Below, piece by piece: positions 58,548-64,000 of a stretch of 64,000 nucleotides of DNA; within the stretch, counting starts at the first letter, position 1; every line of letters starts with the position of its first letter. Both the position numbers and the translations under genes were made by a program. Under the pieces are notes generated by a model. The model saw only the letters and a program-made list of their open reading frames with translations, had not been told where the DNA came from and did not search any database. The stretch covers positions 6,366-70,365 of the forward strand of contig CAWKFB010000007.1 of NCBI GenBank assembly GCA_963848835.1. The letters are read 5' to 3'. Origin of the DNA: Candidatus Aminicenantes bacterium (GTDB taxonomy: Bacteria; Acidobacteriota; Aminicenantia; Aminicenantales; UBA4085).

Positions 58548-60628
58548 TTCTTATCCTTCAGGGACTTGACCGCGGCCCGGATCGTTTCCTGCTTCGGATC
58601 GAGCTCGAGGGAGCGCTCGTAGGCGATCAGGGCCTCCGGAACGTTCCCCAGCCGGACGTAGCATTCCCCGATGTTGTTCAGGACGATGATGTTCGTCCCG
58701 AAGTGAGCCAGGTAATCCTTGTAGAACGTGACCGCTTCTCCGTATTCACCCAGGCCGCGGGAGGCGTCGCCCAGGAGCTGGAGGAAGTCGTATTTCTGCT
58801 CGTCGCTCATGAACGCCCGGGCGATCGAGCGGACCTCGGCGTATTCTTTCAGCGAATAGAGAAGCTGGGCGTAGTCCAGCGCGTAGGGAGCCGATCCCGG
58901 GTTGCCCCGGTGGGCCGATTCGAGGAGCGGGCGGGCCTGGGCGGCGTCCCCGAGCTGGAAATACTGCTTGCCCAGGGCGTGGCGGATCGACGGATCGTCG
59001 GAGGCCGGCGAGGGCGTGGAAACGATCCAGGGCCGGGGGAAGTTCGGGATCGAAGTGATGCCGAATTGGATCTTGGCCCCGACGCGCTCGGTCCCGTCGG
59101 CGGCCTGAACGGAAATCTGGAGGAGGTAGTTGGCGATCCCGTATCCGGCCAGGGAGAAGTCCTCGCTGAAGTCCGTTCCGTGGACGGCGTCCTTGAAGGT
59201 CCGGGTTCGGGTGGCGACGGGCAGGGCGTTCTTGAAGATCGTGAATTCGATCTTGCCGTTTTCGCGCAGGTCCGCAGGGGGGTTCTGGACCTGGAAAAAG
59301 GCGTTCATGACGTCGCCGGGGAGGAAGATTCCGTTCGGGGACGGCACGTATTGGACGTTTCCGACGAGGAAGGCCTTGTTCGTCCCGCGATACTTGGATT
59401 CCCGGTCCGTCCGGTAGGCCAGGATCGGCTGGCTCATGGAGAAGGCGTTCCGGGCGGGGATGAGGATGTCGGCCTCGAGCGTCGTGAACTCCTTGGAGAC
59501 CGTGTTCTTCCAGAGGATGTTGACCTTGTAGCTGCCCGGGACGAGGGGGAAGAGGTCCTGGAAGCTGACCGGCAGGGGCCGGACGCGGCTGAATTGCGCC
59601 TGATCGAAGCGGAGGGGGAACGTCCGGTCGAACTGGTAGACGGTCCGGCCCTTGAGGTCGCTGATCTTGGCGTTGATCAGGACCTCGGCCCGGTACCGGT
59701 CTTCGTTCTGCTCGAACGTCAGCCGCGACGGCTCGATGGCGTAATGGACGAAGGAGAGCCCCTGGGCGTCCTGGAAGACGTCGATCATGGCCGCGCTCTG
59801 GATGTAGTTGGCGCTGTAGTCGACCTCGATGATGTCCTTGTAGCGGAGGAGCTTCTCGGCGTAGTCGTCCTTGATCTTTTCGAGGGGCGCGGCCGGAATC
59901 CGCTGCCGGAGGAGGATCTCCGAGGCCAGAGAGGGCGTGAGGTTGAACTGCGTCTCGCCGGGGATGAGCGAGATCGACGCCTGGGCGACCGTGGTGGCGA
60001 TGTTGGCCAGCACGGCGTAGGCGGCCTCGATGTTGGCCACGTCTCCGGAATAATGAACCATCAGCTGGGAGGGTCCGTCGGCGACCGGAGAGTAGAGCCT
60101 GTATTCGGCGTTGATGTCGCGCTTGTAGAACATCAGGGTGAACGTTCCGGGAAGGTTCATCTCGGCCATGCCGTCGTAGAACCAGACGATGGTCGGCCGG
60201 AGCTCGTAGTCGTTCTCGTACTTCTCGACCGATTTCGGCTCGCCCAGGATGATGTGGATCCGGCCCATGTCCGTCCGCCAGCCGGCGCCGGGGACGTCCC
60301 GTCCGAACCATTTGTTGGCGTATTCGATCCTCTTGTAATGCTCGGTCTTGAACTCGTTTTCCTCCGTCGACAGGTCGGGGTCGCGCTGTTTCCAGAAGGC
60401 GTCGATGAAGATGTTCCGCTCCCGGTCGGACCCGAGCTGGAGGAAAACCTCCCGCTCTTTGGGGGTGATGATATAGACGACTTCCTCGTCGAGCCATTTC
60501 CGGAATTGAGGGGGGAGGTTCTTGGACGTCAGCTTCTTCTGCGGGGCGGCGGCCGCGGCGATCGACCCCAGCAGGAGGATGATGATGAGGCCTAAAACGT
60601 TCTTTTTCACCGACTTATTATAGGTCAT
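58544..60628 (-). CDS. GWxTD domain protein with C-terminal TPR repeats, membrane-anchored
   Basis: TM VLGLIIILLLGSIAAAAA; ..AFWKQRDPDLSTEENEF..GWRTDMGRIHIILGEP; C-terminal TPR (..YVRLGNVPEALIAYERSLELDP). Its stop overlaps the downstream GWxTD gene start. Confidence 0.7.
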   Translation of the reverse strand: MTYNKSVKKNVLGLIIILLLGSIAAAAAPQKKLTSKNLPPQFRKWLDEEVVYIITPKEREVFLQLGSDRERNIFIDAFWKQRDPDLSTEENEFKTEHYKRIEYANKWFGRDVPGAGWRTDMGRIHIILGEPKSVEKYENDYELRPTIVWFYDGMAEMNLPGTFTLMFYKRDINAEYRLYSPVADGPSQLMVHYSGDVANIEAAYAVLANIATTVAQASISLIPGETQFNLTPSLASEILLRQRIPAAPLEKIKDDYAEKLLRYKDIIEVDYSANYIQSAAMIDVFQDAQGLSFVHYAIEPSRLTFEQNEDRYRAEVLINAKISDLKGRTVYQFDRTFPLRFDQAQFSRVRPLPVSFQDLFPLVPGSYKVNILWKNTVSKEFTTLEADILIPARNAFSMSQPILAYRTDRESKYRGTNKAFLVGNVQYVPSPNGIFLPGDVMNAFFQVQNPPADLRENGKIEFTIFKNALPVATRTRTFKDAVHGTDFSEDFSLAGYGIANYLLQISVQAADGTERVGAKIQFGITSIPNFPRPWIVSTPSPASDDPSIRHALGKQYFQLGDAAQARPLLESAHRGNPGSAPYALDYAQLLYSLKEYAEVRSIARAFMSDEQKYDFLQLLGDASRGLGEYGEAVTFYKDYLAHFGTNIIVLNNIGECYVRLGNVPEALIAYERSLELDPKQETIRAAVKSLKDKK

Positions 60629-60727
60629 GTTGGTCTCCCGGTCAAACCGCACGGGGGCCTGGGGACATGATTCCATGTCCCCCGGAGCCCGTTGGTATAA
60701 CTCCCGCCGGAAGGCGAACGGTTGCGT

Positions 60728-62029
60728 CTAAAAAAGGGACATCTGTCCCCCGCCGGGGGCATCGGAGGCGCCGTCGGGATCGAACAGCCGGATCGTCCCG
60801 TATTCGCCGTCGTGGCCCGGGGAGATCTTCACCAGCCCTTTGCGCATCCGCTCGATCCCGTCGGCCACCCGCTCCGGAGAGATCCGGCGGAGGTCGGCGG
60901 CCGGAGTTTCCGTCAGGACGGTCTGCTCGTCGCCGAACTCGTGGATGAACCGGAAATAAAGCTCCCAGACGCCCTGGCTCTCGGGCGTCTTCCCGCACGC
61001 TTCGGCGATGACCTCGTTGAGGGGGATGAGGCGGCGGAAGGGTGCGCGCGGGGCGGCGTCCCGGACCTCGTCCGCGGTCCGGTCGGCCAGCTCCTCGACC
61101 CGGTGGGCCACGCCGATCGTGAGCTTCTTTCCGCAGGACGGGCAGATGTCTCCGAGCCGGAGGGACTCGCGCGGATCGAGGACGACCGCGCACTTACGGT
61201 GTCCGTCCCAGTGATATTTGCCTTCTTCGGGAAAGAACTCGACCGTGCCGAGGAAGCGGGCCGGGTCCCGGCTCTTGATCGCGTCGATCATCCCCTTGTA
61301 GCTGAAGTCCGCGTCGAAGATGTTGGCTTCGCGCCCGATCTTGGCGGGGGAGTGGGCGTCCGAGTTCGAGATCAGGGCGAAGCGGTCGAGGGCGGACAGC
61401 CGCCAGTTCATGGCCGGGTCGGACGACAGGCCCGTCTCCAGGGCGAAGAGGAACGGCGTCATCTCCTCGAAGCACTCCTCGATGGCGTCGAACCCGGAAT
61501 TCGCCCCGAACAGGGAAAACCAGGGGGTCCAGATGTGGGCGGGAATGACCGCGCACTGGGGACAGAGATCGGCGACCAGGCGGACGAATCCTTTGACGTC
61601 CATGCCCAGGATCGGCCGTCCGTCCGAACGGAGGTTGCCCAGCCCGGAGAGACGAGTGTTGATCTTATCCACCGACTCGAAATCCGGGGCCAGGAGGAGA
61701 AGATGAACCTTCCGGACGCGGCCCTTCTTCGAATAGATGAAGCTGATCTCGGTCGAAAGGACGAACGAGACGTCGTCGGGCCCCAGGGTGACGGACCGGA
61801 AGGGCTCCCAATCGGGCCGCTGGGGATTCCTCAGCCGGAAGAATCCGTTCCCCTTGGGCTCGAGCTTCTCCCGGGTCAGGAAGAACCATTCCGGGTGGGT
61901 GAAGTCGGCCGAGGCGAGCAGCGAGATGCCCTTGACCTTGCTCCAGTACGCCAGGGCGTCGAAGGTCATGTCCCGCGACGTGGCCCGTGAGAACTTCGAG
62001 TGGATGTGGAGGTCGGCGGTGTATTTCAT
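60728..62029 (-). CDS. endonuclease Q (EndoQ)-like PHP-domain protein with CxxC zinc finger
   Basis: MKYTADLHIHSKFSRATS, PAHIWTPWFSLFG, SNSDAHSPAKIGREANIF, GKYHWDGHRKC..ICPSCGKKL, C-terminal GHDGEYGTIRLF. As recalled, these parallel the archaeal/Bacillus EndoQ motifs. Confidence 0.65.
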   Translation of the reverse strand: MKYTADLHIHSKFSRATSRDMTFDALAYWSKVKGISLLASADFTHPEWFFLTREKLEPKGNGFFRLRNPQRPDWEPFRSVTLGPDDVSFVLSTEISFIYSKKGRVRKVHLLLLAPDFESVDKINTRLSGLGNLRSDGRPILGMDVKGFVRLVADLCPQCAVIPAHIWTPWFSLFGANSGFDAIEECFEEMTPFLFALETGLSSDPAMNWRLSALDRFALISNSDAHSPAKIGREANIFDADFSYKGMIDAIKSRDPARFLGTVEFFPEEGKYHWDGHRKCAVVLDPRESLRLGDICPSCGKKLTIGVAHRVEELADRTADEVRDAAPRAPFRRLIPLNEVIAEACGKTPESQGVWELYFRFIHEFGDEQTVLTETPAADLRRISPERVADGIERMRKGLVKISPGHDGEYGTIRLFDPDGASDAPGGGQMSLF

Positions 62030-62085
62030 GCGTCGCGTGGTCTCCGTATGTTTAGACCTTTTCGCGCCCCAATTCAAGTACAATC

Positions 62086-62925
62086 GGCGAGGGCGGTCTC
62101 GCTCGACGGGAAATCCTGACGCTCTGCCTGGCGCTCGAGGCTCCTAGGCGCTGCGCCCTCCGCGCCCCGATGGTCTCCTCGCCGTCCCTTTGTATACGCC
62201 TCAGCGTCTGCAATATGGTCACGTGCTCAAAGCTCGGGATCGCCCCACGCTCACGATGGAATGCTCACCTCCGGGAGCCCTCGGCTCGCCGCCAGATCAG
62301 GCAAGACGCGTCCCCGATGTTCGCTTATCTGCGATCGCTCTCGCAAGCTCCCGCCGACGGCCACGCCGCTGGCCGATTCGCCTGACGTCACTCTGACGAG
62401 GGTCCGCAGGGAAAGCTCCGCGCATCATCCGAGTCGGCCGCACGGTTCAGGCCCGCAGCGAACAGGAGCCGCCGAACCTGTTTCTTCGGCAGGGGAACCG
62501 GTATCGGCGGTTCCCCCCGAAGCGGAACCCCCCTCCACTCTGCACGATCGTCGGTCGTTGTCTGGCCGAAGGAAGCAAGCCGTGTGGCGGGCGATTCGAA
62601 AAAATTCTCTGTAGGGAGGCGAGGTGCGGTTCGAGCGACATCGGGAAATCCCAGCTCTGCGTCCCGAGCTCCGACGGGAAGCCCCGCGCAGCGGGGCTTC
62701 GCCAAATGAAGTGACGCGATTTTTTCTTCGACCATCATATCTGGAAAGATCAAACGGGCGAAGGGATCGCCCGTGAGCGAACATCAGGAGGGGGGGCCCC
62801 GCATTAATTCGGGGGGGAACCAGAAGGGTTCCAACGTGAGCGATGGGCGATTCCGAAGCCCTCCTAGGAGCTCGAGTGACAGGCAGAGCGTCAGGATTTC
62901 CCGTCGAGCGAGGGGCCGCCCTCGC
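62086..62925. mobile_element. transposase-less element bounded by ~65 bp terminal inverted repeats (MITE-like), internally full of the intergenic repeat family
   Basis: 62100-62130 CGCTCGACGGGAAATCCTGACGCTCTGCCTG is the exact reverse complement of 62890-62920. Flanking TCGGCGAGGGCGG and CTCGAG..CTCCTAGG blocks extend the TIR to about 65 bp. No protein-like ORF inside. Confidence 0.55.
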
Positions 62926-63037
62926 CGAATTCCCTTTGATAATTGCCCCCATGTTGCTACAATGAAGGCGCCGGGAGCAGGCCCGGAGAGAGGCGATCCT
63001 GGCATAAAAGTTGCATCTGAATCATCCGGAGGCGGTA

Positions 63038-63958
63038 ATGAAAAGATCCCTCATATTCGTCCTCAGCCTGGTCCTTATCGCCGGCGCCCTGTCCGCCCAA
63101 GCCTACCGGGGCGGCCGCGGCCGGCTGACCGGGCTGGTCATGGACCAGAAGGGCCAGCCCATCGAGGGCGTCACGGTCAAGCTCTTCGCCGTCAAGCACC
63201 AGGACGGTTTCTCGGTCCAGACCGGGCCGGATGGGAAGTGGGCCGCGACGATGCTGAGCGGCGGGGAATGGAACCTGGATTTCGAGAAATCGGGCTACGC
63301 CCCGTTCAGGACCGCGGTATCGGTCAAGGAGCTCGAGCGGCTGCCCGATATCAAGGTCGTCCTGCAGAAGGTCGAGGGGCTCGTCCTGACCGATGAGCTC
63401 AAGAAGCTCCTCGGCGACGCCAACCAGCTCTTCGATCAGAAGAACTTCGCCGGCGCGCTCGAGGGATACAACGCCATCCTGGCCAAGTACCCCGACGCGT
63501 ACATCATCTGGCAGAACGTCGGCAACTCCTACTTCGCCCAGGAGCAATATGACAAGGCGGAGGAGGCCTACCTCAAGGTCCTGGCCAAGAGCCCGGCCGA
63601 CACCACGGCCATCGTGGCCGTCGGCAACTGCTATTTCAACCGGAACCAGACCGAAAAGGCCCTCGAATGGTACGGCAAGGTCGACTACACCAAGATCACG
63701 GACCCGACCGTGCTCTTCAATATCGGGCTGAATTTCTCGAACCTGACCAAGTACGATGAAGCCTTGAAGTATTTCAAGCAGTCCGTCGAGGTCCAGAAGA
63801 CCTTCGAGGACGGTTTTTACCAGATGGGGCTGACCTATGTCTCGATGCAGAAGACGACCGAAGCCATCGCGGTCTTCGAGCAGTTCCTGAAGCAGTTCCC
63901 GGATTCCCAGAAGACCGACCAGGTCAAGGGCTTCCTCGACTACCTGAAGAAAAAATGA
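63038..63958 (+). CDS. secreted CarboxypepD_reg-like domain + TPR repeat protein (paralog of 56413..57378)
   Basis: Signal peptide MKRSLIFVLSLVLIAGALSAQA; GLVMDQKGQPIEGVTVKLF..; TPR (NVGNSYFAQEQYDKAEEAYLKVLAKSP..). Confidence 0.65.
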   Translation: MKRSLIFVLSLVLIAGALSAQAYRGGRGRLTGLVMDQKGQPIEGVTVKLFAVKHQDGFSVQTGPDGKWAATMLSGGEWNLDFEKSGYAPFRTAVSVKELERLPDIKVVLQKVEGLVLTDELKKLLGDANQLFDQKNFAGALEGYNAILAKYPDAYIIWQNVGNSYFAQEQYDKAEEAYLKVLAKSPADTTAIVAVGNCYFNRNQTEKALEWYGKVDYTKITDPTVLFNIGLNFSNLTKYDEALKYFKQSVEVQKTFEDGFYQMGLTYVSMQKTTEAIAVFEQFLKQFPDSQKTDQVKGFLDYLKKK

Positions 63959-64000
63959 CATCGCCGCGGCCCCGGGCATGGCTCCGGCCGGTCGGAGCGG

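Overview
High-GC (~68%) bacterial chromosomal segment. Its gene content suggests an Acidobacteriota-like organism: Ser/Thr kinases with TPR tails, GWxTD proteins, CarboxypepD_reg TonB-dependent receptors, and many ECF sigma/anti-sigma pairs. This assignment is inference.

Main content:
- A complete shikimate/chorismate operon on the minus strand (4.5-11.5 kb): DAHP synthase, aroB, aroD, an aroE-aroK fusion, aroA, aroC, and a chorismate mutase/prephenate dehydrogenase.
- Two tRNAs: Arg-CCT and Val-CAC.
- groESL with an HrcA/CIRCE-type promoter.
- purC, lipA, rpsU, lptB, and a fused lptF-lptG permease.
- A hybrid PAS histidine kinase, a membrane Ser/Thr kinase, and an ECF sigma/anti-sigma pair.
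- A TonB-dependent receptor.
- Secreted hydrolases: M20 peptidase, EEP nuclease, DUF2961, sulfatase-TPR, DmpA, MepA-LysM.
- A tight operon of GWxTD, TPR and CarboxypepD_reg proteins next to an endonuclease-Q-like PHP protein.

Mobile and repeat content:
- A REP-RAYT unit (HuH Y1 transposase flanked by inverted REP hairpins) in an AT-rich insertion.
- An ~840 bp transposase-less element bounded by ~65 bp terminal inverted repeats.
- An apparently unreported family of ~90-100 bp hairpin-forming intergenic repeats. Copies cluster in several repeat-dense islands and there are at least 7 copies in the window.

Caveat: at least 15 genes show apparent frameshifts, often with one functional protein spread over 2-3 frames. 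This suggests indel errors in the assembly rather than true pseudogenes. All CDS coordinates for those genes are approximate.
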